From Lingula anatina (taxonomy: Eukaryota > Animalia > Brachiopoda): a DNA stretch of 64,000 nt. Below the pieces are notes generated by a model, which was not told where the DNA came from, did not search any database, and saw only the letters and a program-made list of their open reading frames with translations. This document shows, in pieces, positions 13,781 to 28,200 of the stretch. The DNA is taken from the NCBI GenBank assembly GCA_051362555.1, contig CM120643.1, forward strand, positions 21,952,848 through 22,016,847, written 5' to 3'. The translations under genes and the position numbers were made by a program. Each line of letters starts with the position of its first letter. Position 1 is the first letter of the stretch.

Positions 13781-16429
13781 ATGGGAGAATCCATAAGGAC
13801 GACTGACGGGACAGGTAAATTGTGTTTTTAAGTGATAGTGATCTGCCAATATAAAGATTCGAGATATTTTATTTTAGTCTCACCTATATAAAAAGAAATA
13901 AAAAATTAGAAGCAGTAAAATATGGCTGTTTTATATAGAGCTACGAGAGATTGAATATCATTTAAGATATACGTTAAAGCATTATTTATACATAAAATCG
14001 TTAATTCTAAAAATCGGCGGCAGGTTTAGCAACTAAAGAAATCGTGTCATCATTACTAGTCACAAATAAAAACTTGTTCTGATCATTTAAAAGATAAAAA
14101 TTGTTGTTAAAACATCTAGCAATATTAAAAGTTCAACGCGTTTACCAATAAAAAAGGATAGTTAACTGAGAAGTGGACCTCGTCCTACATACACTTAGAT
14201 TCACATATAATGGACAGGTTCTTTCCGCAATAGCTAATTTTTCATATCGAATTTCTATTCGAAATGGGGTCACCACACGCCTCACCTTAGCAGGTGCCCT
14301 TCGTTGTTTATATATGAGTATATTAATATATTACGTTATGACTGACGTGTATTTAAACCACTTATAGGTTGCCTAGGTACAATTATCGGCAACTGTATGC
14401 AGACTGCTTATTTTAATCTATTATCATAGGCGCGTGTCTTTGTTAGCGAGAGAGAAAAAAGGGAGACTGTAGTGTCGCGTGTGTCTTTGGATGAACAGAA
14501 TGGCCTATTTATTGTGATGGTGTCGTGAGGATAAGTCCACTATCCATTGTGATTTCCATGTATGATGTTGTGTTAGTAAATGTGTATCACTGAAAGGTAT
14601 GTATTTTAAATTTAAGGCTTCCAATATAGAGATAACTTTGCCGTTACTGACGAATTGAAAGAGCAGTTTTACAGGGATGGTTTCATTATATTGCGGTAAG
14701 GCAGTAAGCTGTTTCAAAACTTTGCTCCCCTTTTTGCAAGATTAACAAGTGTGCCTCCGTAAATATGAAACGGAATAAATATCCAATATTGTCTAATCAA
14801 AACCGATTAATTAACACCCACATGAAAGGAGTTATTATAAGATAAGCACAGAATGTGATCTTATATCCGGCAATGTGAAGTTTGATAAAACTCAATAATA
14901 GCAGAAATATGCATCGACCGATGACGTAATCGCCGAGATTTTTTAGCCAGTCACGAAAAAAAAAAAAAAGACACATTTGCGTCTGATCTTGGAAGACATT
15001 GACATTCAGGCATCACTTCAACCTTTTTTCCAACCCTCTAATATCTTTGCGTTTAGGAAGTTTTTGGACACAGAAGAGGTGACTAACTTGAGAAAGGCCC
15101 TGGAGCAAGACAAGACCCTGGAGGACAATTACTATACCAGGGACGATGGGGATGGATATCAGGCCAAAACGGCCAACTGGAATCACCCTGTGGATGACAT
15201 AACCGGGATGATAGGGAGGAGTGAGAAAGCTGTCGGTACCATGGAAAAGGTAGCTACAGTACATGTACATGTAGGCCTCATATAATGTAATTTAACTTCA
15301 CAAATTGTTTTAATTCATGCGAACACTTTTGTGAAAAAATATTTAGACTGGCTTCAGCGTTCAGTTAAGATAGTGATTATAGGCCTATATACATCTCTGT
15401 GGGAATATGCCGAGTATTTTTAACCTATAAATTAAAGTTTTGTCTCTACAGTAAGCAAACGAGTAAAATAAAATTTTCCAATCCTTAATTCTAGCTTTTA
15501 GGGGGAGAGGTATATCAATATCACGCCAAAGTCATCATGAAAGAACCATTCACAGGTGGTGCGTTTGTATGGCACCAGGATTACGGGTAAATTTCACAGG
15601 ACAGCTCTTTTTACATTATTTTCACATGTTCACTGCATGCGCTATCGTTCAATGTATGATTCAGGAAGTTGTCGAAGTAAAAGTGAAGAGTGTGCAGCCC
15701 GTTTAGAATAACAAACTCTGACAAGTCTGAAAAAGACATTTTATATACTGCAACACCTGCGTTCACGTTACCATAATAAAGAGGAGGAGAGCCTGTGTGA
15801 CAGGAATGGTAGTTCTACATATAGGAACCGAAGTCCAGGGTCATATTATGATTAATACACGTTAGGGTTAGTCGGTGTACTGGGCCCCTGCGAAGATTTG
15901 TCTAATTTAACGCCCACTTGCGGTTTTAAATCTGTCCTAGAACCTAATGTTTTTCTCTTTTAATGAAAAATGTTCTTAATCTGTTCTAGGACATTCTGAA
16001 GGACTTCCCAAAAACAGTTTTCGAACTGTTACATTCGTTACTGAACAACAATAGAACTGTAAAACATACACCAAATATTCTAGAATAGATTGAGAACCGT
16101 AAGTATAAATGAGACAAATTTTTGCAGGGAGGGAGTCGTATATGGGGCGAATGTCACCTGTACAAAGTAATGTTGAACGGAGTACGGTTCCTAGCGAACT
16201 ACCATTCGTTGCAAAGGCGCCGTTCGTACACAATGATGTACGATACCGGCACATGTTTTCTGTCCCAACATTTTATATTTCAATAGCCTTGTATTCACGC
16301 AACGCACCACTTTTACAACATTATAGCATCGATACTAGGAAACTGAGGGCACGTGTAACAAGATAAACAAGTAAATGACAGCTGAAAACTTATTGTAAAC
16401 AACATGTCTCAAGGGTTGTTTTCACGTTA

Positions 16430-16486
<57 letters not shown>

Positions 16487-17699
16487 CGAGAAAAGACAAG
16501 AAAAGATGAGACCGCAACTTAGTTCTCTCTGCTCATGCATAGCGCCACAGCGTATATGAACAAGCTGCTGAGTTGGTGCACAGTGCCATTTTTGTAAATA
16601 TCATGTCAAAACAAAATTTAGAAAATGCATTTGGTCTTCTTTGCGCTTCTAATCAAAATGTCAAGAGTAAATTCTCATATTTTCTTTATACTGCTGGTTA
16701 TTTACTGCATTTGTGATTACTGTTATTTTCCAGTTATTGGTACGTTTACGGCAACCTGTTTCCAGACATGGCCACAGTGTGGATTGCAGTGGACAGAGCA
16801 GACAGGACAAACGGGTGTCTACAGGTAATGAAACATGTCTTGTAAATAGACATCTTTAACTTTCACAGAATCCATTGAGGTGAATGTTGATGTCAATGTT
16901 CATATCTGTACAAAGTGTACAAAGAATTATTTAAAAGCATAAATTAATGATGATGTCTCTTCAGTCCGTAAAGGAACCATTGGTTACTCCTTCTTAAGTA
17001 AAAATATGTAGAACACATATGTGACAACCATATTGCATATTCATTTGCCGTATATATTTAGGTGACTTATTACCGCAATTTTTCCATGCATGCAGATACT
17101 GCCAGGTTCCCATCGAGCTGGTCGAATAGAGCACGTGAAAGTTGGTGACCAAGCAGGGGCTGAACCGGAACGCGTAGAGTTCCTGGCCAAAGTTTGTCCC
17201 TTGACCTACGTCCAGCTTGACCCTGGAGACGCTGTGATATTTCACTGTAATCTGGTCCATCGAAGTGACCAGAATCACAGCCAGAACCGGCGCTGGGCTT
17301 ACCTTGTTTGCTATAACCGTGCATCCAATGACCCAGTGTATAAACATCACTATCCTAACTACACGCCCCTGATTAAGGTAGGCATAATGCAGTCAAATAT
17401 TATCATAGTTTCATTTTTGCTTCTATTCTAATTCATGTTTATATTTGTTTGTTTATTTTGCATAATACACCGCATTTCAAGATGAACATAGCTGAATAGA
17501 TAACGGGTCCATTACAAAATATTAGCAGTTGGTGTGCCATTTTATTTCATAATAACATATTGATATTTCTTACATCAAGGTACAGAATAGCAGAATTAAG
17601 GAATGTGGCACTAGAGAACCAACCGAAGGAAAACTATTTTTTCAAGGACCGAAAAGAGAGCGTGACCCTGCTATAGAAGTGCTAGAAAGAAAGGCTTAA
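13781..17699 (+). CDS. PhyH-family dioxygenase, copy 2; 7 exons
   Basis: Exons 13781-13814, 14617-14695, 15057-15249, 15495-15586, 16734-16824, 17096-17377, 17580-17699. Same lengths and phases as copy 1; HQD...H..R intact. Confidence 0.9.
15804..16207. mobile_element. MITE-like insertion in intron 4 of copy 2
   Basis: Inverted ends GAATGGTAGTTC...TAGGAACCG / CGGTTCCTAG.GAACTACCATTC and an internal GTTAGGGTTAG. Absent from intron 4 of copy 1. No clear TSD. Confidence 0.6.
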
Positions 17700-18119
17700 A
17701 CTACAGTATATTCTGAGACTTTATTCAGACATCGATTAATTATGAGACGCAAGGTTACCATATTACTAAATTAAATTGTTTTCATTCTATTAACGTTATG
17801 ATGGAAAATACTTTTTTGTTTTGAATCTTTTTTATCACATATCAGTAATATATCTGACGGTTAAGATCAGAAAGATAACCTCAAATAATAATTTTCTCAT
17901 GACGGTCTGAGAGCGTGGTACCAACATTTTACAGAGGATTAATACATACACTGTGATACACACGTAACTATTTTTGTAAAATCCATCCTTTTTTTATAAG
18001 AAGTAAACCTGATATTCCCGTGAGTAACACCCCTTCCTTGTCCCAACCTGGAACTCTGAACCTCTGGTAAATGTTTTGATCTAAGGGCTTGTGCATCATA
18101 GTTGGGAAAAAAACTCCTG

Positions 18120-18912
18120 GGCCTGGTTTTATAAAGGACGCTTATCACTAACCAGTGGATAAATTCTCCAAACACTGGTTAACGGCGTTTAAAATTGTGT
18201 TTTACAGCCGGTAAGTTAACGGACGTTTAATTTTTTTTAAACCAGTGTTTAGTTGCTTTGAACAGCTTATCCAGACCATATTTGGAAATAAAATTACCCA
18301 GAATGCAATGGGTTTCTATAAACAAAATAAAATACCCATAATTAATCCATTGTTCATTTGTTTTGTCTGCTATTCTTCAATGTACTTTGGCAATGTCAAC
18401 AATATCTGAGAAGACAAAGAGATGGTTTAGAATGATTTAGATGATTGAGATTGCCAAAGTATGTTTATGTACTTATTTTCAAAAAAAAAAAAAAATAATA
18501 ATAATAATAAATAAATAAATAAATAATAATAAAAATAATAAAAATAATAAATAAATAATAATAATATCATAAAAACATTCAAAATGAAACTAGTTTTCTT
18601 GAAAGAATTATTCCTTTCCGTCTCTGGAGCTGGTTGGTTTTGAAGTAAGTTTTCTAAATACAGTATCGAATTTCTACTGAATGTAAATCTTTCAATGAGT
18701 TCTTGCTCAGTTGCTCCATCAAAATCAAATAAATTTCTATTGAAATTTCTGTCTCTTTTCAGTCTAAAAGGTATATATCTCCGAGGATTTCTGGCAAACC
18801 GCAGCAGGTTTGCTATATTTATCCGGCGTTTAAGGAATTTAAACTATAAATTTAACCAACCGTTTAGAATTAACCATTGGTTAGTGCTAAACGACGTTTA
18901 TGAAACCGGGCC
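18120..18912. mobile_element. PIF/Harbinger-like MITE
   Basis: TIRs GGCCTGGTTTTATAAA... / ...TTTATGAAACCGGGCC with 3-bp TSD CTG (18117-18119, 18913-18915). Absent at the homologous position downstream of copy 1 (~10380). Confidence 0.8.
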
Positions 18913-20601
18913 CTGATCAATAAACAGCAATGATCATCTATCTACTTGCAAAACAGTCATTGCTTTATTTCATACAGTAAACTTCTACACTCTAAATATA
19001 CCTGTATGAAGCCACTGATATCAGGGGCTTCTAAAACAGCATACAAAATTAAAGTGTCAGCGATACAATAATTTTGTATCAGACTACTAGCGCACTCTGT
19101 GGGCAGAGAGTAACATGTAAGATGGCCGATTGAAATATACATGTATATTCTGATTTTCTTTGAAAGTGTATTGTATTTTAGCAAAGCACCACATAACTTT
19201 TCTTGTTCTAATTATTTTATGAAACGTTAAGGAATACACTATACCTGCAGCCCTTGTGATATTTTGCTCTTTTCTTTTTTATTTTTCTCTGAGTCCTTTT
19301 TTTGTTTCATTATACTTGCTTCATTAAATATTTCGCTTCTAATTTAAGCTGAATTTGTTTGATTTTCTATTGCTTATGCACTTTAAAATGCCAAGTTGAG
19401 TTTATTATAAGTTTATTCCTCGGAGAATTTATTATGAAGCAATGAGCACGTGAACTGATTATGTTTCAAGAAAATGTTTTTGTTCTCGATGCTTTCACGA
19501 GGGCAACCTGTACAGCAGGTAGAACATTCTCTGTTGACGCAGGGTTTCGCTAATGACCTGACTTCATTAGATTAGACAATTAACACCAGAGTTATAGTGG
19601 GGAACAAATAACCACATAAGTTTGTTTGACATAATTGGACCCTCCTCTTCACTCATAGTTAAGTCAATTGCGACATCCTTTATCGCGACAAACTGTTTTT
19701 GACATAACATTAAAGTAAATACGCTATCTGAGCTTTCCGCTTATTAACCCCTTCAGGTATTGCTGTTATGAAATTGAATTTTCTTTATAGCAAAATTGAT
19801 TCAATCCCATAGAAAGCAATAAGCCAAAGTCTCAGCTAGTGCATTTGTGCAACCATTTAGATTTTATTAAACCGTTGATCATAATAAACGATGCCACAAT
19901 TTATGTTATAATTAATTCTCGTAACGAATTTTTTGATGAATACGATGTAATTAAGATGATCATGAACACACACACACACACACACACGGACGCAGGCAGG
20001 CACGCACACACACACACACACGTGTACACATATTTTACACGCCTATTTCAATAAACGGTGCATACAAAACTATTATCGATACAGGTGAACAGTGTATATA
20101 TAATTTCTGATAAAATGGAAAAGGAAAACACACCTTCATAACACAAGTCTTACCAAGTCTTACCTCTGTCTAAGCATATGGTGGTAAGTTGATAGAAATT
20201 AATATACAACTGTACATAAAAACCGCAAACGAGTTATTGAGTTTGTCAAACTGACAAAAGCACCGTATTTAAACGGTGCTTTTGTCAGAAGATTTTATGT
20301 CTTCTGTTCATTTTGTTCATTTTATTTTTCAAGCTTCTTGTATTTACGCAGCGGGCTACTTGTACATTATGATAGCAAAGATGTTAAAAAAATCAGAACC
20401 CGTGTAACATGATACACAAGTAAATGGCATTATATTATTATACCTGACCCAGGCTAGCGCGTGATGATAAAAAAAAAGCGTTGTTGTAACAGACCTCCAA
20501 CTGTAACCTTCACCTAGGTCAGTGTGTCAGCCAAATCATGTACAACAAGGAAAGGCGATAAACTGACAGGCAGTTGGTTGTTGTGGTACGTGATTCAAAG
20601 A

Positions 20602-23600
20602 ATGGGAGAATTCGTGCGAACGACTGACGGTACAGGTAAATTGTGTTTTATAGAGATAATCTGTCAGTATATAGAGCATCTTAAGTAACTGCAAAGCCGG
20701 TTGTAGGTCGTGGGTCGTGTCTGCCGCGCTTTTAATCCTCTGATTGTTGTTTGCTCTGGTCTACGGTCGTTCACCTAACCCAGGTACAGATGTCCAAAAC
20801 TGTACGCTCATATATTAGGTGAGTTATATATTAAGTATGTGTGTGTGGGTTTGTGTGTGTTTGCCTATGTGAGAGAGAGAGAGAGGGGAAAGAGAGTGGC
20901 TCGTTTGAATGTGTGAGGTCGTGTTATGAAGATAAGTCAACAACATTTGATTATATTCATTATTTTGTGTTCACTAGTATCTCATCAAAAGGCATGTGTT
21001 CTAAATTTTAGGCTACCAGTATACAGATAACTTTATCGTTACTGACGAAGTGAAAGAGCAGTTTGACAGGGACGGTTTCATTATATTGCGGTAAGGCAAT
21101 AAATACTTTCAAACCCGTACACTCTTGTTTACAAACTTCACTAGATTCCCTGTGTTAGCTAAGGCCAGCATCAGGGGTTACAGGTTAAAGTGAAATACCT
21201 ATCGAGTAGGGGGCGCCGGAAGAGCTTATAGAGGATATAAGCATCGAAACTCACGACAGAAAATTTTAATTGGATTTTAATTGGATTTTAATTTTAAGCT
21301 GAAGCACGTTTGACAATACACAAACGGTATTTTAAAAAGTGTGGATTTCACAGTTCGAATTGCATGTTTATAAGCCTATTCCCCTACCTAAATACTGTAC
21401 TTTGATAAGCGAAATAATAAGTGGATATCTTAATATTTAAGCTCTGCTGTCCATTTTTTACCGCTTCGTTTGCCAAATATGATGCCGTTTCAATTGAACG
21501 GTGGTTGTGCTATAGTCGACCCTTCTTATAATTTTTATTTCTAGAAAGTTTTTGGACGCCGAGGAGGTCACCAACTTGAGAACGGCCCTGGAGCAAGACA
21601 GAGCTCTAGAAGACTATCACTATGCTCGAGACGACGGCCAAGGCCGCCAAACAAAAACAGTCAACTGGAGTCACCCTGGAGATGATATCACTGGTATGAT
21701 TGGAAGGAGTGAGAAAGCTGCTGGTACCATGGAAAAGGTATATCGGTCCTTTGTTGACTGTCATTAATATTTATTTTTCTTTCCTGTAAAAGGTATGATT
21801 TGGTTTTGCGAATCCCTGTAAGTCTGATTTATTATTTACAAAACTTATATTTAAGCAAAATTCATGAGTAAAGGGCCATATTAAAACTAGACTGGATTCA
21901 GTAAAAGTCCCTGTCATTTAAGGTCCTGACACTAACTTAATAAAAATAGGTGCTATATATCAAGCTTATAAACAATTACCTTTGTCTCTGCGGTAGGCAA
22001 TCTAGCAAAGTGTGTTTAATGTTAGACTCCTTATTCCAGCTTTTAGGGGGAGAAGTATATCAATATCACGCCAAAGTCGTTATGAAAGAACCATTCACAG
22101 GGGGTGCGTTTATATGGCACCAGGATTACGGGTAAAATATCCTATCTAACCATTTTTTTTATTCTTGAAGTTGTCAAAGTATATGAAGTATGTTAAACAA
22201 CCCAAAGTCCATTTACATATTACAAGGAAGTTTATAGCTGGTTGTTCACATTTTAAAATCTGTCTGACCTATGACTTTTTTTTTTTTTTTGAGGAAAAGC
22301 TGTTGAGTCAATAATTTAGGTTCCATTTGGTATAGAGTACCAGTAAAATGTCATATCATTACAAAAGATGAGTATTGCGAAAAGACTTTTGAAGTTCGGT
22401 GATATCTATTTTCCAGTTATTGGTACCTGAACGGCAACCTGTTTCCAGACATGGGCACAGTGTGGATTGCAGTGGACGGGGCAGACAAGACAAATGGATG
22501 TCTACAGGTAATGAAACACGTGCTATAAATAGATATAGCCAACATCCATAAAATACCTGGAGGTGGGTATTGGTGCTTATGATCATTTCTGTACAATATG
22601 TATAGAGAGCAAGCAAAATACATGTACTGGTACATGGAACATTGATGGTGTCTGTGCAGTCCATAAAAAAAAACCTGTTTTCACTTGCATTTTGTAGAAA
22701 ACATTGTTGCATTTTCATTTCTTGAACATATTTAGAGGACACGACCAGTTTCTCTTTTTTGTGTAAAGAAGCTGTATTTTGATGTCCACTAACCAAAGGC
22801 AAGTAGGAAAAATACATTGTCAACCCATTTCTACCAGTTGACCATGTGTCCACCATCGTAGCCTATACATTGAAAAGACTTATCGTCGCAATTTCCCATG
22901 CATTCAGATACTGCCAGGCTCCCATCGAGCTGGACGAATAGACCACGTTAAAGTCGGTGACCAAGCAGGGGCTGACCCGGAACGCGTAGAGCTCCTGGCC
23001 AAACTCTGCCCCTTGACATACGTCCAGCTTGACCCTGGAGACGCTCTGTTTTTCCACTGCAACCTACTCCATCGAAGTGACCAGAATCACAGCCAGAACC
23101 GCCGTTGGGCTTACCTTGTCTGCTATAACCGTGCATCCAATGACCCAGTGTATAAACATCACCATCCTAACTACACGCCCCTGATTAAGGTGGGCATTAT
23201 TCTGTCAATTATTCTTATAGTTATACAGGGGCGGAATTAGGCGGTTTTCTGGGTCTTCCGGAAGACGGTCAAATTCCTAAGTTTACATAGATGAGTACCT
23301 CTTTTTTCTGTAGGAAGACGGTCAAAAAATGGAGGATGTATCAACAAAGATAATTTGTAAGACTGTCAGAAAATATCTCTGGATCCGCCCCTGTTATAGT
23401 ATTTTTCTCGCAATTATTTATTTTGCGAAATACTGCACATTATTTCAGGATGAAGATAGCTGTATAGACCCTTAATTGCATCTATTTTACTATCATTCAT
23501 TAAGCATTCGTGCGCATAAATGTATACATTTGCATACATTTGTATGACGAATCATCTATTTTACTTAAACTGGCAATAACGGAATCATTTTGGGCGATTT

Positions 23601-23890
23601 CAAATGAGCATTGGTAAAATGTGAAATCGCCCTTTTCTCCCTTTATATCTATAGGCATTTTCACTCCTTCAGGCAACTTTTGTGTGACCTCAACTGATCT
23701 GTTTATTGCAAAATGTTAGCAATTGGTGTGACATTTCAAATCATAATAACATATTGTAACTTTTTTCAAGGTGCCGAATAACAGAATAAAGGAGTGTGGC
23801 ACTAAAACATCCACCGAAGGAAAGATATTTTTTCAAGGACCCAAAAGAGACCGTGACCTTGCCATAGAAGTGCTAGAGAGGACGGCCTAA
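20602..23890 (+). CDS. PhyH-family dioxygenase, copy 3; 7 exons
   Basis: Exons 20602-20635, 21012-21090, 21545-21737, 22040-22131, 22417-22507, 22908-23189, 23771-23890. In frame, catalytic motifs intact (AFIWHQDYGYWYLNG). Confidence 0.9.
23227..23393. mobile_element. Short non-autonomous DNA element (CAGGGGCGGA...TCCGCCCCTG)
   Basis: 10-bp TIRs flanked by TTATA on both sides. Related copies at ~37690-37856 and ~43211-43267 (reverse, partial). Confidence 0.7.
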
Positions 23891-25222
23891 ACTACAGCTA
23901 ATATATTAGGAGACTTTATTAAAACATTAATTAATTATGAGACACATTCTTGTCATATGTACTAAGTCGTTTCTTTTCTATTTAACATTATGACGTCACC
24001 AAAGGATAGTCAATGCTTTTTTCAAGTCAGTCGTATGTCGTTACGTGCAACAGGTGTGTTAGTTGTATATATGAGTATATACTGTGCGGTTCTAAAATAA
24101 TAATTTTTTCAAGCTGTCGAAAAGCAAAGTTAAAATTAAGGGATGTGGCACTAAATAATATTCTGAATGAAAAACGTTTTCATGGCCAGGATCATTCCTC
24201 AAGCAAATGCTACTAGAAAGGAAAGCCTGGTTTGTAGATTTCCATGTCGGACATGGACTGTTCATCATTCAAAACACTTACACTGAATGGTCCACTTTAC
24301 ATTTTCCATTATGATGCGACTACAGTAGATAATTTGCAATTGAATAACGGATCAAATGCATTTTGGTTTTTATTTATACCTTGTATTTACTAATTAATTT
24401 CAAATATAATCAGAATAATCCGTGTAGTCCTACAGATTATTGGAATATTCTATAATAAAAAAAAAAGTAAAGGGCTGTTGACAAAAAAGTATGTAAATTG
24501 ATTGTATTAATATTTTTAATCTTTCTACCAAGTTGGTCAGACATACCACGAATTATGTACCTGGAAAATTTCTCATAATCCTTGTACCTTCTAAGAGGGG
24601 AGAGCAGGGTGGGAGAAATCCTCCCCTCCGAAATATTTTTGGTTATCTTCTGCCACCTTTCTCACGGTCAACCCAAAACGCCTCTACCTTTCTTCCAGTC
24701 AACGTCTATACGAACAAGACAGGCAGCACGAGTACAGTTTGCATGTATTGTGGATCTTAAACAACTGCCCATCAAACATTTAAAGCTTACGAACTTGCCA
24801 GTGATATAGGAGGGCAATTGTACAGTTAAGTAAGGCTGCATTATTACAGTGCAAACATGTAGGCCTTAAACATGTTGCACATTTGACCGTTAGATCTTGA
24901 GGAAAAAAAACATTTGAAAAATTTTGCTTTTCAAAATGATCAAAATTTAAGAAACAAATGGTTGAAGTAAGGTAATATCTGCCCCCTCTCTCTTATTTCG
25001 TGTCCTTGGCCCGTTATGACCACAGGGTACGGCAAAGGAACCTAGCAGCTGTTGCCCGATAACATACGAAATAGGTAAAGTAAATCTAAAGGTTAGATGT
25101 AGGGCTACATGAATATTACGGGTTATCTCCTAATCGTGCCCTTTGATGCATACAAGCTTTCACTGCACAGTGGTGAGGTGAAATAAGGTGTCTCAGCATA
25201 GACAGGGGCCATTTGATTAAGA

Positions 25223-28200
25223 ATGGATTCCGATAGAACAACCGATGGATTAGGTATGTTCTAGCTTACGATCTTTTTGCTAAGTATATCTAAATATGAT
25301 GCGCTGTGATTGTCATTCCAAATCAAGAAAGAAGAAATGAAAATCGGTGATGATCATGATTGTCTGCATGGAACAGCGTGCGTGCCCGACATCACTTTTC
25401 AGCCAGGGGATGTTTTTGAGGGCGGGGGGGGGGGGGGGGGGGGGGGGGTACGACAGACCGCGAAAAGGTTAACTCTGGATCAAAATTTGATTAGGTTCTA
25501 GGCCATTATGGTAAATAAACGTCCACGTTTCTAGGAAACGACCCTCATTAAAGTTCCTGGCATCAGACGTACACATAGGTGCTTTGGATCGTTTTCAGCA
25601 TGTTTATAAACTAACGGATTTGATTGCCGCATACACTGTAAATAGTCAGCTTAGTTTGCTTTGCTGAACTTCAGGTTATCAGTTTGCAGATAACTTCATG
25701 GTTACAAATGAAGTCAAGGCACAGTTTGACAAGGACGGTTTCATCATAGTGCGGTAAAGTTATCACTCTCTCTCCTCTCACACACCTCGAGCTCGTTTTC
25801 ACACCTTCTTCCTGTTACTAGCGGGGTACATAATGAAAATTAATGCTTTACGCAGATCTAATGATGGTGTCATAAACATTTTTGAACGGGCATATACATG
25901 AATCAGAGCCATAAATAAAAGCCTCTTTGCAACCCCACAAATGAAATTTGTGCAAAATTGTTGGTAAATAATAACTTTTGCTGAGTCATCGCATCATAAT
26001 TTTTAGGATGATGAGTCTCATTGAATATTTGATATATAATTTTTATCCCTAAGGCCATAACATTTAATACAGGCAACAATTTGCTACATTGTTATTATTG
26101 TTAAAACGATTAGGATAGAGGGGTTATATAATAAAAGCGGCCTGGTTTGGCCAAATCACGAACAAACAATATTCCTTGTTACCTTCTTTCTTGCTATGAA
26201 TGAGACTATAAAAGTTTGTGGCACACTGAGATGGAGGAGACATAAAAATGTATACTTGACAACTTGATGTACATATGCTATTTTTTTAAATAAGCAATTT
26301 ACTAGATGGCGAAGAATTGGCCACATTGAAGAGCGCCCTTGAACAGGACCAAGGCCTGGCCAATCACAACTATGGGCGAGATGACGGGGAAGGACGGCAA
26401 ACTAAGACTACGCTGTGGAATTATCCTGGGGATGACATCACGGGCATTATCGGGAGGAGTGAGAAAGTCGCCGGCACCATGGAAAAGGTAGTCTAAATTT
26501 CTGTGTGATTATGAATGAATTATTGTACCTTTTGCTTTGGTGTGTTATACATGTATACGGACTGTTGTGCTTCGAGTAATTGTTATTTTTAAGACTGCCT
26601 GCCTCGTGAGGGTTAGTTAGAACCAAGTATGGCCGTTTTTTGCCATACTGGTCGCGTATAAAATCTCATTTAAAAAACACAGTTACTCTTAGTATCGTAA
26701 AGATAAATGGAAAGTGGTTTTGTAAGTGTTTATTGCATTGAACAGGAAAACTATTTTACAGAATTTCCCCTCGGAACAATATGAAAATGTTCTATCGGTT
26801 CTACTTAGCTTCTAGGTGGAGAGGTGTACCACTATCACGCCAAAGTCATCATGAAGGAGCCTTTCACAGGGGGCGCCCACATCTGGCACCAGGATTATGG
26901 GTAAAATATTTCCTTAATTCACAGCAAACGGTCAACGGAAATAACTGAAATTGTATATTGGAATCACCCAAAGTTGGAACTAGGACGCAATACTCTCATA
27001 TGTCCTAGGTTGGAATAATCACAGTTCCTGCAGGGTGGCTTGTTACTGTGATTACAGTGGCAAAGACTTGTTTTTATTTGATACCGTTTAAATAAAAATT
27101 TGAGGAGGCAATGCGTGTACCTTGCATTTGAAAATGCATGAGGGATTTCGGAAGTAACAGCCAATATGTTTATCTTTTGCATTTCGTCATTTATTATTCG
27201 TTAAATGTCGAGGTGAATCCAATAAACATTTTTCTTGGCTACTTCAGTCAATTGAACGGTAAGGGATATTGCTTAAACGCCCGTTATCAACAGTCAAATA
27301 TATTGTGTGTTCACATACACGGTAATTAAGCGTATTCATTTGATAATGATCGCATGCATTACTGTTGTGTCTTTTCCAGTTATTGGTACCTGAACGGTAA
27401 TCTGTTTCCAGATATGGGCACAGTGTGGATTGCTGTGGACAGGGCAGACAAGACAAATGGATGTTTAAAGGTTCTGCAAACTTCGATTCATGAGTTCAAA
27501 ATTGTTTCAATTTTTAAACATGTGCCATAAAAACATTTTAACTTAACTTTAGAAATACGTGGTTAGCAAATGGAAATGTCGATTAAATCGCGAACTAGTT
27601 AAATATTATTTATAACCCTTCTTTAACTACCTGAAGTCCCATGATTGTGCCTGCATGCTGGATACAAACATGTAGTTATACGAGTAGGCCTCATATATCC
27701 ATATTTTTAATTCAAAATAGATTCTGCCCGGTTCCCACCAAGCTGGACGCATAGACCATGTGAAAGTAGGCGACCAAGCCTGTGCTGACCTTGAGCGGGT
27801 AAACCAACTGGCGAAAGTCTGTCCACTGACATATGTCCAGCTTGACCCAGGAGACGCCCTCTTCTTTCACTGTAATCTGCTGCATCGAAGTGACCAAAAC
27901 AGCAGCCCAAATAGGCGTTGGGCTTTTCTTGTATGCTACAACCGCGCCTCTAACGACCCGGTGTGTAAACATCACCATCCCAACTACACACCTTTACAGA
28001 AGGTAGGTACTTGATAGCAATTTTTATCCAATATTTTGAAATAATATTGTCATTTTAGTTGTCTTTTGGGAGAGAAAATATTTTCGTTGATGATCTTACA
28101 GAAATTATCAGGGGGTAAACATTTTGCAGAAAGCTGCGAATATCTAGGATTTGTTATCACATATTTTTATGGTTAGGTTTCAAATGCGAAAATAAAAGAA

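Noticed and set aside
25423-25448. Poly-G run as a regulatory G-quadruplex
   Set aside because: Simple homopolymer, one of several in the window; no supporting context.
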